Origin: Flavobacteriales bacterium
GTDB taxonomy: Bacteria > Bacteroidota > Bacteroidia > Flavobacteriales_F > PHOS-HE28
Reading direction: 5' to 3'
NCBI GenBank assembly: GCA_044347005.1
Contig: JBIIYD010000001.1
Span: forward strand, 6,158-70,157
Length of the DNA stretch: 64,000 nucleotides
The notes beneath the pieces are model-generated. The model ran no database searches and was not told the DNA's origin. It was given only the letters and a program-made list of their open reading frames with translations. Each line of letters starts with the position of its first letter. Within the stretch, counting starts at the first letter, position 1. Below, piece by piece: positions 8,986 to 17,822 of this stretch. Made by a program: the position numbers and the translations under genes.

Positions 8986-10587
8986 TCAGCGCACGAAACG
9001 GACGGTCCTTCGCAGTTCCCCGGCACGCAACTCCACCAGGTATGCTCCCGGCGCCAGATCGCGCACATCGGCCTGCATGCGCTGCGAACCGGCGATCATG
9101 CGTGCTGCGAAGAGCTGCCGCACCTGCCGGCCGCTGCTGTCCAACAGCAGCACCTCCGCCTGGGCTGCCACCGGAAGGTCGATCGTGATGAAGAGTTCCC
9201 CGCTGCCGGGCACCACGCTCAGCTGCAGTGCTTCGCGCCCCTCGGTCAGCGGGTCCTGCGAACCCGTGGTCGCGTCGCGCACCAGCAACACGCGGAACAC
9301 GCGCGTGCTGGCATCGCTTTGTGTGCCGTTGTTGATGAAGAAGATGTTGCGCGCGGTGCTCTGGATGCCGCCTACGATGTGCCCCACCACTACGGTATCG
9401 CCCACAAGGGCATCAAGGTCCACGATGGCATCGGAGATCATCGGGGTCGCGGGTTCGTGCAGGAACTCGGCCCCGGCACCCAAGAGCGCGGGCATTTCGC
9501 CGATGGCCACCTCTTCCATACTGCCGTCGGCTTCGCGCGCCACCCGGCTGATGGTGTTCACGAAGGGCACGTTCACATCATCGATGAGCTGGTCGTTCGC
9601 ATCGAAGTAGTACCGACCGATGCCACCGAAGAACACGGTGCTCATGCGGTTGTCCGCCTGGGCGTATGCCGGCATATGCGCGCCGTGGTACTGGTTCAAC
9701 AACTGTTCGAAATCCGGCACTACCGTGTGATCGGTGGCCGTGATATCCACCGTGTTCAACCAGGGAATGTTGGAGGCGTACTGGAACACCCCGGAGAATG
9801 CCGTGTAACCGGGTGTGCCATCGGGGAAGATCTGCGCCACCAGGTTGTAGTCGCGGCGGTGCAACTCGACGGTATCGACCACCTCGGTGAAGTCGACGAT
9901 GGACAGCGCGGTGCCATCATCGGCAATGCCGAAGCGACGGATGGCGTTCGTGTACTCCTGCACGAAGCCCGGCCCGAAGTCGGGACCTTGGGGGTTGTAG
10001 CGGCCAATGAACCGCTGGCCACCCACCAACAGGAAGCGGTCGCCCAAGCGGCCCAGATATCCGCCTGTTACCGCCATGCGTTCATCGGCAATGGAACGGA
10101 AATACGGGGTGATCGGCTGGCCGTTCTTGATGGCCGCAATGGCGCCGGGAACGTCGACCGCGGTAAGGCGCGGGTGGGTGATGTGGTCGTTGGCGGTGGC
10201 CGAAAATCCGTAGCCCCCGATGATGTACAAGGTGCCTCCCATCTGTTCGAACTCCATGTTGGTGCATTGCAGTTGCTGGTACACCGCAGCGGGCAGGCTG
10301 CTCATGGAAGCGCTCCACACCTGCTGCGTTGTGGGGTCCACAACATAGGCGCTGGTGTTGTTGTCCGCCGCCAGGAAAGCCGCAAAGGGTTGGCGTTGGT
10401 GCAAGCCATCGGTGCGCCCCCCGATCAGTAACCACTCGCCGTTGTGCTGGCCCCAGGCGAAGGATTGCAGGCCGGGCATGCCGGGAATGGTGAGCTCCTG
10501 CAGTACGATGCGCCGATCGCCCAGGTCCTGGGCGAAGAGGGTGGCCGTAGAAAATCCGAAGGCAACGAACAGGAGACGCATGGACAT
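8986..10587 (-). CDS. Secreted protein with Kelch/beta-propeller-like repeats and a T9SS C-terminal sorting domain
   Basis: Signal peptide MSMRLLFVAFGFSTATLFAQ. The C-terminal ~80 aa (LSVVPGSGELFITIDLP...LLDSSGRQV...LAPGAYLVEL) match the type-A Por secretion-system CTD pattern. Confidence 0.7.
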   Translation of the reverse strand: MSMRLLFVAFGFSTATLFAQDLGDRRIVLQELTIPGMPGLQSFAWGQHNGEWLLIGGRTDGLHQRQPFAAFLAADNNTSAYVVDPTTQQVWSASMSSLPAAVYQQLQCTNMEFEQMGGTLYIIGGYGFSATANDHITHPRLTAVDVPGAIAAIKNGQPITPYFRSIADERMAVTGGYLGRLGDRFLLVGGQRFIGRYNPQGPDFGPGFVQEYTNAIRRFGIADDGTALSIVDFTEVVDTVELHRRDYNLVAQIFPDGTPGYTAFSGVFQYASNIPWLNTVDITATDHTVVPDFEQLLNQYHGAHMPAYAQADNRMSTVFFGGIGRYYFDANDQLIDDVNVPFVNTISRVAREADGSMEEVAIGEMPALLGAGAEFLHEPATPMISDAIVDLDALVGDTVVVGHIVGGIQSTARNIFFINNGTQSDASTRVFRVLLVRDATTGSQDPLTEGREALQLSVVPGSGELFITIDLPVAAQAEVLLLDSSGRQVRQLFAARMIAGSQRMQADVRDLAPGAYLVELRAGELRRTVRFVR

Positions 10588-10647
10588 GGGTTGAAGACCA
10601 AAGGTCCTGCACGGACCGGGACGACTTGGTGAGACAAGTCACATAGG

Positions 10648-11667
10648 CTACGCCGCAAGTACGAAATCCACGCCCTCCACCAACCCGCGCCCCGCCAGGA
10701 AGCCCGCGATCCTATCTCCAGTACCCCGCTGACTGATGAAGCTCACCACGAAGGCCTCGCCAGCAGGCGGCAATTCCAAGTGTGGGATGAAGGAACGGCC
10801 CGGCACCCCGCTTCCCTTCACGTCGGTGTAAGCATGCACCGCGATGCCGTCCGCCTCCAACAGCGCCGCCCGCTGCTGACACAAGGCACTGGTGCCCGCG
10901 ATGATCATGGGACGGCCGTTCAACTTCCGATGCAACCACTTCGCGAGCCACTTCACCTTGGTGCTGAAAAAGGCATCCACGCTGTAGTTGGGGTGTGTGC
11001 GGCTTAGGCGATGCGCATGGTCGTTCCAGGTGAGCAGTTCCTCGGGCAGCTTCGCGAAACGCACTCCGGCTTCCATCCAACGCAACCAGAGTTCGTGGTC
11101 CTCGGGGAGCGGTCCTGTATCGTATCCGCCGTGTTGCTCCACCAGTTCGCGGCGGAACAGCACCGTGGGGTGCGCAAGGGGCGCGTCCACGAAGCGCTTC
11201 ACGTAGTGCTCGTGCGGGGAAAGGAGGTTGTTCTGCCACTGCACGAAGGCCTGCATGCCGCGGCTCTCTGGCACACTGCTGGCGAAGGCGGTGCGTGTGC
11301 CCAGCACGCCGATCTCCGGATGCGCGTCGAGGTAGGCCACTTGTTCCGCCAGGCGCTCCGCGTGACTGATGTCGTCGGCATCCATGCGGGCGATGTAGCG
11401 GCCTTGCGCACGGGCCACTCCCGTGTTCAGTGCGTGTGCGATGCCGATGCGGGGTTCGTGCAGGATGCGTATTCGTGGATCGCGCTCGGCCCAGCGTTGC
11501 GCGATAGTCGGACTTTCATCGGTGCGTGCCTGCACCGGGCTTGCCCCGGTGTTGTCGATCAGCAAGAGCTCCCATTCCGTGTAGGTCTGGGCGAACATGC
11601 TCGCGATGGCCGCATCCAGCGTCGCCGCGGCGTTGCGGAAGGGTAGCAGGATGGAGACCGGGAGCAT
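10648..11667 (-). CDS. Family 2 glycosyltransferase
   Basis: VSILLPFRNAAATLDAAIASMFAQTY...LLIDN...RMDADD (GT-A DxD). Confidence 0.75.
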   Translation of the reverse strand: MLPVSILLPFRNAAATLDAAIASMFAQTYTEWELLLIDNTGASPVQARTDESPTIAQRWAERDPRIRILHEPRIGIAHALNTGVARAQGRYIARMDADDISHAERLAEQVAYLDAHPEIGVLGTRTAFASSVPESRGMQAFVQWQNNLLSPHEHYVKRFVDAPLAHPTVLFRRELVEQHGGYDTGPLPEDHELWLRWMEAGVRFAKLPEELLTWNDHAHRLSRTHPNYSVDAFFSTKVKWLAKWLHRKLNGRPMIIAGTSALCQQRAALLEADGIAVHAYTDVKGSGVPGRSFIPHLELPPAGEAFVVSFISQRGTGDRIAGFLAGRGLVEGVDFVLAA

Positions 11668-11670
11668 GGT

Positions 11671-12189
11671 TCAGCGTTCCTTGAACAGCTTGGCCAATTC
11701 CTTGGCGGCCTCAGCGCGTTCCCGGGCACGACCCACGCGCAGCGCGTCCGACAAGGCGAGCATGGCATACAAGCGCGCGTCCTCCATGGCCGCTTCCGGC
11801 ACGCCGGGATACAGTGGCGCAATGGCCTGACCCTGTGCGTTGCCCTTTGCCGATGGCCAGACATAGGCATCATCGCTCAGGAAGCGTTCGCGCAACGCCG
11901 GTGCCGAGTGGGCCGTTGGCACGCCGCGCACCAGTCCGCCCGGCCGCACCGGGTACACATACGGCAACCCGTTCCGAAGGAAATCGAGCAGGGAAGCGCG
12001 CACCACTTTTCGTTTCGTGCCATCGAGCAGGCCGGCCAACACCGAGCGGGACAATGAATTGCTCACCTCGGCCGGACTCAAGCGAAGCGAGGCCGCCAAG
12101 TCCTTGGCAAGCCAGGGCTCCTTGCCCAAGGCCACGATCTTCAACAGCACCACCACATCCTGTGGCCGCATTTCTCCGGAAGTCTTCAT
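11671..12189 (-). CDS. Hypothetical protein, possibly winged-helix; operonic with the upstream GT2
   Basis: 172-aa ORF. Its start is adjacent to the GT2 stop. Confidence 0.4.
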   Translation of the reverse strand: MKTSGEMRPQDVVVLLKIVALGKEPWLAKDLAASLRLSPAEVSNSLSRSVLAGLLDGTKRKVVRASLLDFLRNGLPYVYPVRPGGLVRGVPTAHSAPALRERFLSDDAYVWPSAKGNAQGQAIAPLYPGVPEAAMEDARLYAMLALSDALRVGRARERAEAAKELAKLFKER

Positions 12190-12282
12190 GATTCACGATT
12201 CATGAATTGCAAATATAGTGCAGCCGCCTGTTTTCACGGAACATGCAATAACCCGACGCATTGCACGCATGATGCAACACCC

Positions 12283-13536
12283 TCACTCCCGCCCATACAC
12301 CACCAAACACTCCTTCGTCAGCGGCCACCACGGCAGTGCACGGTTCTCCTTCTTGAAGCCTTTCACCTGGCCGATGCAGGCCACCCAAGTGACGTCCAGC
12401 TCGGGTACGTGGTACATGTTCACGCCGAAGAAGCCGCTGTGGCCGATCATCGTAAGCGAGTCCAGGCCGGTGACACCCGAGGGTTTTGCATCGAAGCGGT
12501 ACACTTCGACGCCGAGCGCGTACTCGGGTGAATGGCGCGTAAGCATCGCGTCCAAGGTGGCCGGTTCGCGGAACAGTTCGCCCTTGGCCAGGCCGGTGAT
12601 GAAGCGCGCCAGATCCGCCGTGCTGGTGATGATGCCGCCGCCGCCGAACTCCACCGAGGGGTGCAGCTTGTCCGTTACACTGCGGCGACCGTGGTACTGG
12701 TGCATCATGTGGGTGTAGCTGCTGTCCCAACTGTCGGTCCAGGTGTCGCGCAGGCCCAGCGGCGTGCAGATGCGCTCCTGCAACTGCACGTTCAGGGAAG
12801 CGCCCCCCACCTGCTCCACCAACAAGGCCAGCAGCAGGTAACCCGTGTCCGTATAGTGGTAGCGGCTGCCCGGCACGGCTGTTTTGCGCTTGGCCATGCC
12901 ATGTCGCTCGTAAGCCCGCAGGATCTCGGTGGTGGTGTGCGCCTTGCTCGGCCGCAGTTGCGTGCGCAACAGGAAACGCCAGTCGTCGAAGATGTAGTCG
13001 CTGAGCCCGCCGGTATGCGCCAGCAGTTGCCGCACAGTAATGGTGTGGCCCAGGTCCTCGCCCTTCACCCGCACCAAGGGACGCACCAGCGCATCCGGCA
13101 GGTAGCGCACCACCGCACTGTCCAGACCGACGCGGCCTTCCTCCACCAGCTGCATCACCAGCACGGCCACGAAGGTCTTGGCCACGCTCGCCGTTTTGAA
13201 GCGGTATCCGGCAGGGTTGGTCGTATCCCGCCTGCTCACCTGGCCCAGCGCTCCATCGAAGCGGTAGTGCTGGCCGTAGCGGAAGTGGAACTGGAAGTTG
13301 TGCCGCTTGTGCCTGCCGGGTGGTTCCATCCAACTGGCCATTCGCTCCCAGGCCAGGGAGTCGAGGGCAGCGCGGTGGGCATCCTGGCCGTTTGCGGAAG
13401 GCAGCAGGAGGTGGAGCGCCAGCACCAGCAAGCAGCCCGCCCGGACCAGCCGGACACGCGGGCGGATGCACCAAGGTGGTGGGGGGGGCGAAGGGCCGAC
13501 CAGCATGGCAGCAAGATAGCCCAGCGCAGGCACCAT
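12283..13536 (-). CDS. Serine hydrolase of the beta-lactamase / penicillin-binding family
   Basis: SxxK motif ASVAKTF. Signal-peptide-like RVRLVRAGCLLVLALHLLLPSANG. The start could instead be 13506. Confidence 0.7.
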   Translation of the reverse strand: MVPALGYLAAMLVGPSPPPPPWCIRPRVRLVRAGCLLVLALHLLLPSANGQDAHRAALDSLAWERMASWMEPPGRHKRHNFQFHFRYGQHYRFDGALGQVSRRDTTNPAGYRFKTASVAKTFVAVLVMQLVEEGRVGLDSAVVRYLPDALVRPLVRVKGEDLGHTITVRQLLAHTGGLSDYIFDDWRFLLRTQLRPSKAHTTTEILRAYERHGMAKRKTAVPGSRYHYTDTGYLLLALLVEQVGGASLNVQLQERICTPLGLRDTWTDSWDSSYTHMMHQYHGRRSVTDKLHPSVEFGGGGIITSTADLARFITGLAKGELFREPATLDAMLTRHSPEYALGVEVYRFDAKPSGVTGLDSLTMIGHSGFFGVNMYHVPELDVTWVACIGQVKGFKKENRALPWWPLTKECLVVYGRE

Positions 13537-13667
13537 GCCCTGGACCGGGAAATCCTCGCGCACCAGACCGATGCGCCTGTCCCTTGCACGGATGTCGAAG
13601 AGGCAAGGCGACCACCGCCCGTGGGGCATGGAGTGCAGCACCGCATGCCACCCGTACTTTTGCGGCC

Positions 13668-14000
13668 ATGGCAAAAAAGGCTGCTCCTCCCTCCCCGATC
13701 ATTCCGTCCGCGTTGGAGTTGCACGACGAGGCCGAGAACCGCCAGTTCGTTACGCGGGTGGACGGCCTGCGCGCCACCGTGGAATACGACCGCGACGGGG
13801 AGCGGATCTTCCTCACCGGGCTCAACATCCCCAAAAGCCTGCAGCCCTTGGGCCTCGGCGATGCCCTGCTGGAAAGGGTGCTCACCCATGTGGAAGAGCA
13901 GAAGTGGAGGCTCATTCCCACCCACCCGGCCATCAAGGACTACCTGCGCACCCACACGGCTTGGCAGCGGTTGTTGTTGAAGGGGGTGCAGTTGCGGTGA
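13668..14000 (+). CDS. Small GNAT-fold acetyltransferase (YjdJ-like, GNAT_2 type)
   Basis: 110 aa, MAKKAAPPSPIIPSALELHDEAENRQFV...DGERIFLTGLNIPKSLQPLGLGDALLERVLTHV. Confidence 0.6.
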   Translation: MAKKAAPPSPIIPSALELHDEAENRQFVTRVDGLRATVEYDRDGERIFLTGLNIPKSLQPLGLGDALLERVLTHVEEQKWRLIPTHPAIKDYLRTHTAWQRLLLKGVQLR

Positions 14001-14024
14001 GGGGGCGCTGAGGCAGGGACTCGA

Positions 14025-15002
14025 ATGCCTGTCGCCGACCCGCCTGCTATCTTCCGCCTCATGTCAGCGGCTTCGCTTCCCGACTACCTGCGCCTCAAGC
14101 AAGGTGGCGGCAACGCGCCGCATAAGCCGATCATGCTGCTGGCCGTGCTTCGTGCCTTCGACGAAGGACTGATCATCGAGAACCGCATCGAACCTTCCGC
14201 TGAGCTGATCAATCTCTTCAATGGCTACTGGCAAGCGCTGGTGCCAACCGAAAGGCCTCAAGGCCGCTTCCATTATCCCTTCTTCTACCTAAAGAACGAA
14301 CGCTCCGGCCTGTGGACACTGCACACCCTGCCCGGGTTTGAACGTGCGCTTACACGTGGCCGCGACATCAAAAGCCTTGGCGCCCTCACCAATTTCGAGG
14401 CCTATGCCACTCTGCGCGATGATGTGTACCAACGGTGGCTCAACCCTGAATATCGCGTCGCCGCTCGTCTTGCACTAATGGCCCACTATTTCAATGGCCA
14501 GGCTCTGCCGCTCACTCTGACCGACCACCTGCGCGAGATCGAACAGCAGATCGTACACGACAGCCCTGAGACATACAAGGCCCGACAGCACCAGCTGATC
14601 CAGGTCGAAGAGGAGGAAGAACAGATCCTGCGAGGTGCCGCTTTCAAACGCAAGATCCCCGAGCTCTACGAGTACCGCTGCGCCATCACCGGACTACGGG
14701 TCCAGAACCGACGAGCCGTCAACCTCATCGATGCCTGCCACATCGTACCCTGGGCCGATTCCTTCGACGATACCATCAGCAACGGCATCGCGCTCTGCCC
14801 CAACATGCACCGCGCCTTCGACCGTGGGCTCATCAGCATCGCCGCTGACCACTCGGTACTGGTGGCCCCGGACCTCCTGGAAAGCGCGAGCAGCCATGCC
14901 ATCCGCCCCTTCGCAGGCAAGCGCCTGATGTTGCCCAACGAGAAACGCCATTGGCCCGCACCGGAGAATCTGGCTCGGCATCGGGAGCGGTGGGGGTACT
15001 AA
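14025..15002 (+). CDS. HNH_2-family endonuclease with a ~200-aa N-terminal accessory domain (restriction-endonuclease-like)
   Basis: C-terminal HNH module YRCAITGLRV...NLIDACHIVPW...NGIALCPNMHRAFDRGLISI (HNH_2 pattern). The N-terminal domain (HKPIMLLAVL...FHYPFFYLKN...WTLH) is of the kind seen in modification-dependent restriction enzymes. Confidence 0.75.
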   Translation: MPVADPPAIFRLMSAASLPDYLRLKQGGGNAPHKPIMLLAVLRAFDEGLIIENRIEPSAELINLFNGYWQALVPTERPQGRFHYPFFYLKNERSGLWTLHTLPGFERALTRGRDIKSLGALTNFEAYATLRDDVYQRWLNPEYRVAARLALMAHYFNGQALPLTLTDHLREIEQQIVHDSPETYKARQHQLIQVEEEEEQILRGAAFKRKIPELYEYRCAITGLRVQNRRAVNLIDACHIVPWADSFDDTISNGIALCPNMHRAFDRGLISIAADHSVLVAPDLLESASSHAIRPFAGKRLMLPNEKRHWPAPENLARHRERWGY

Positions 15003-15044
15003 CCAACTATTCGCGATCAAACGATCACATTTGCGAGATACAAG

Positions 15045-16976
15045 ATGCGAAGCACCCCAGGAGCAATAGATGGAGAAGGATTTGGCTGGGCAGGTAACTT
15101 CCCTGTATTGAAAGGTGCCACACTTAGCGAAGTTGTAAACGCGCTCATGAGCTTTGTGCGAGACGCTACTCCAGAGCAGATCCGTGCGTGGAACAGTTCC
15201 ATCCCTTTAGTACAGATCGAAGCGGGTAAGGTGCTCGATATTCAACCTTCTTCGAAAGAGTATGGCGCAGTGTTCGAGTACACGATGCCATACAGCCAAA
15301 GGAGGGTTGATGTGATCCTGCTTATCTCAGGGGCAGTTCTTGTTGTGGAACTGAAAGGGGACAGTAATACACGACAAGGTGACATCGAACAGATGGCAGA
15401 CTATGCCCGTGGGCTATATACGAATCATACTCTTTGCGGAGAAGACGGAGTTCGTGTACATGCACTTCTGGTGTCATACGGTATGCCAAGTGCGGAACGC
15501 AAAGAAGAGTGGTACACGCTGACCAACATAGACAAGCTGCATGAAGAGGTCATGCGGTTCGACCAACCAGAGAGAGCTTCGCCAATACCCCTTGATCGTT
15601 TTCTGCACCAAGAAAATCACCAACCTCCTCCTTCGCTGGTCCAAGCTGTTAGGGCGTACTTCTCTAAACAAGAATTGCCTAGGATCAAGCGCATTGATGA
15701 TGTCACTGGCGATGCGTTGAAGTCCGTGATAAGCGAGATACGTGAGACTCATTCAGCCAAACGGCGCAAGCTGATCCTTGTGAGCGGAGTACCCGGGGCT
15801 GGCAAGACCTACGTTGGACTCCAGATCGCACACGAGCATTTCCTCGATGACCTCTCGGAGGTAATGGAGAGCGGGTCGAAGCCATCCGCCCCTGCTGTAT
15901 TCCTCTCCGGTAACAAGCCGCTCGTGGACGTTCTTCAATACGAGATGCGAAGAGCCGGTGGTGATGGAAAAGTTTTCGTGCAGAATGTGAAAGACTTTGT
16001 GAAGCGCTACTCGACCAAGAAGGCGGTTGTCCCACCTCACCACGTTCTGATCTTTGATGAGGCTCAGCGTGCGTGGGATGCCAAGCGTGTTAAGGCGAAG
16101 CATGATGATGTGCATGCCGTTTCCGAACCTGAGTCATTCATCCGATTCGCCAGTCGTATTCCTGCGTGGTCCGCTGTTATCGGATTGATCGGCGAAGGGC
16201 AACAGATCTACACCGGTGAAGAAGGGGGAATGGACCTTTGGGCTGAGGCTATTCAGAACGGGGGTGAACAGTGGGATGTAGTCGGCCCGCCTCAATTCCA
16301 ATCCATATTTCGATCACGGGGTTTAGCGTACACACCTATTGCTCCTTTACACCTTGCGCGTTCCGTTCGTTTCCATTTCGCTCATGGCCTTAGTGAATGG
16401 TCAGGGGGAGTGGTCGATGGTCACCTAAGTACAGGAGAACTATCCCTTATGGTCGACCACCTTTGGCAGCAGGGGTACCAGATCCGCATTACGCGCAACC
16501 TACATAAGGCTAAAGAGTTTCTTTGGGAGAAGTACCGACTACAGCCGGACGCTCGCTACGGGATGCTCACCGGTGGACGCGACAAGGGTCTGCAAGATCT
16601 TGACTTGAACAAAGTGAACACGCGAACATTCCGTGCAGGTCCGTGGTACGCTGACCCCGAAAGTTCTCCCAGTTCATGCAGGCGCCTCACAGATGCGATC
16701 ACGGAATTCTCCGCACAAGGCCTTGAGCTGGATCATGCACTCTTGGTCTGGGGAACCGACTTGATCCGCAAAGCAGGGGTATGGGATGATGCACTCGCAA
16801 TGCGCTATCTCCGCAAAGGCGATGTGGCTGATCCACTCCAGCTTAGATTGAATGCTTATCGGGTCTTGCTAACACGTGGACGTGAAGGTGTGCTGATCTG
16901 TATCCCCCAACAGATAGCCGAATTGGACGAGACATTCGACTTCCTCATGGCAGCCGGATGTCGTCCGTTGGAGTGA
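15045..16976 (+). CDS. NERD/PD-(D/E)xK nuclease fused to a DUF2075 (Schlafen group-3-like SF1) P-loop ATPase/helicase
   Basis: N-terminal RRVDVILLISGAVLVVELKG (D...ExK). Walker A VSGVPGAGKTYVG. DEAQ box VLIFDEAQRAW. Noticeably lower GC than the flanks. Confidence 0.8.
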   Translation: MRSTPGAIDGEGFGWAGNFPVLKGATLSEVVNALMSFVRDATPEQIRAWNSSIPLVQIEAGKVLDIQPSSKEYGAVFEYTMPYSQRRVDVILLISGAVLVVELKGDSNTRQGDIEQMADYARGLYTNHTLCGEDGVRVHALLVSYGMPSAERKEEWYTLTNIDKLHEEVMRFDQPERASPIPLDRFLHQENHQPPPSLVQAVRAYFSKQELPRIKRIDDVTGDALKSVISEIRETHSAKRRKLILVSGVPGAGKTYVGLQIAHEHFLDDLSEVMESGSKPSAPAVFLSGNKPLVDVLQYEMRRAGGDGKVFVQNVKDFVKRYSTKKAVVPPHHVLIFDEAQRAWDAKRVKAKHDDVHAVSEPESFIRFASRIPAWSAVIGLIGEGQQIYTGEEGGMDLWAEAIQNGGEQWDVVGPPQFQSIFRSRGLAYTPIAPLHLARSVRFHFAHGLSEWSGGVVDGHLSTGELSLMVDHLWQQGYQIRITRNLHKAKEFLWEKYRLQPDARYGMLTGGRDKGLQDLDLNKVNTRTFRAGPWYADPESSPSSCRRLTDAITEFSAQGLELDHALLVWGTDLIRKAGVWDDALAMRYLRKGDVADPLQLRLNAYRVLLTRGREGVLICIPQQIAELDETFDFLMAAGCRPLE

Positions 16977-17036
16977 GCCGATCTGGTCAGTCAACATTCC
17001 CTGGCATTTTCGGTCAAGGTTCCGTACCCTGGTCGA

Positions 17037-17285
17037 ATGCTTACCGACAAGGAATACGTCATTCGCCTCAACAGCTTCGATCTGGGGCAACTCATCGATG
17101 GCTTGGAGGTTCGTGCCCGTGCGTGGCGCGATACGGCAACCTACCTGCACACCGGCGAAGTACCAAGCGCGGACTTCGTGATGGAGGAGTGCCGTGATGC
17201 GGAGGAAGCTGAGCGGCTGGCCGAGCACTATGAGCGGATCAGGGATCTCATTCACCTGCAACAGAAGGAGCAGGACCGGGCATGA
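17037..17285 (+). CDS. Hypothetical small acidic protein (orfA), co-directional with the DUF2075 gene
   Basis: 82-aa ORF 60 nt after the upstream stop. Its stop overlaps the next start (ATGA). Confidence 0.4.
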   Translation: MLTDKEYVIRLNSFDLGQLIDGLEVRARAWRDTATYLHTGEVPSADFVMEECRDAEEAERLAEHYERIRDLIHLQQKEQDRA

Positions 17286-17629
17286 ATCCGCGCTATCGGC
17301 GGGAACTGGTCCGGTTGGGCTTTACCATCCCCGAGGAGGCTACCTACGTTGTCCATTGCATGTGGCGGCCACCCAAGGGCCAATGGCCTGCGCTGGGTGC
17401 TCGTCCGCGACCTGTATGGGTGCAGCTCAACGACACCGGAGACCATCGATCGGCTGCGATCGAGGCTTGCTTGTTCTTGATCGCACAGCATCGCGGGAAG
17501 GCGACAGCTTTATCGGTAATGGCCGACAACTGCCATCCCCAGATCATCAACGACGTGTGTTTCGACTGGAACTGGTATGACGGGGTGGTCACGTTCGGGG
17601 CTGAGGTGGTGGAAGTAATATGGTCATGA
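17282..17629 (+). CDS. Hypothetical small protein (orfB), translationally coupled to orfA
   Basis: 115-aa ORF. ATGA overlap with orfA. Confidence 0.4.
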   Translation: MNPRYRRELVRLGFTIPEEATYVVHCMWRPPKGQWPALGARPRPVWVQLNDTGDHRSAAIEACLFLIAQHRGKATALSVMADNCHPQIINDVCFDWNWYDGVVTFGAEVVEVIWS

Positions 17630-17822
17630 CCGCGAGTTCGCGCGAGCGATCGCAGCGGAAAGCCCACAGCCGACTGAGGCACGAGGGCGGCGAGGACTTT
17701 CCTACGGCAAGCAGGCTTGCAGCTAATAGCCTGACCGCCGTCAGGCAGGCACCCAAGCCCCCCTTCACGATCCTTAACGCCCCACCGCACCCACCCGCGC
17801 CCAAAGCCCGCTATGTTCGGGC

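Noticed and set aside
12200-13980. 578-aa minus and 482-aa plus ORFs overlapping the beta-lactamase-family gene
   Set aside because: Low-complexity Pro/Arg/Ala-rich frames. The serine-hydrolase frame carries the SxxK motif and a signal peptide.
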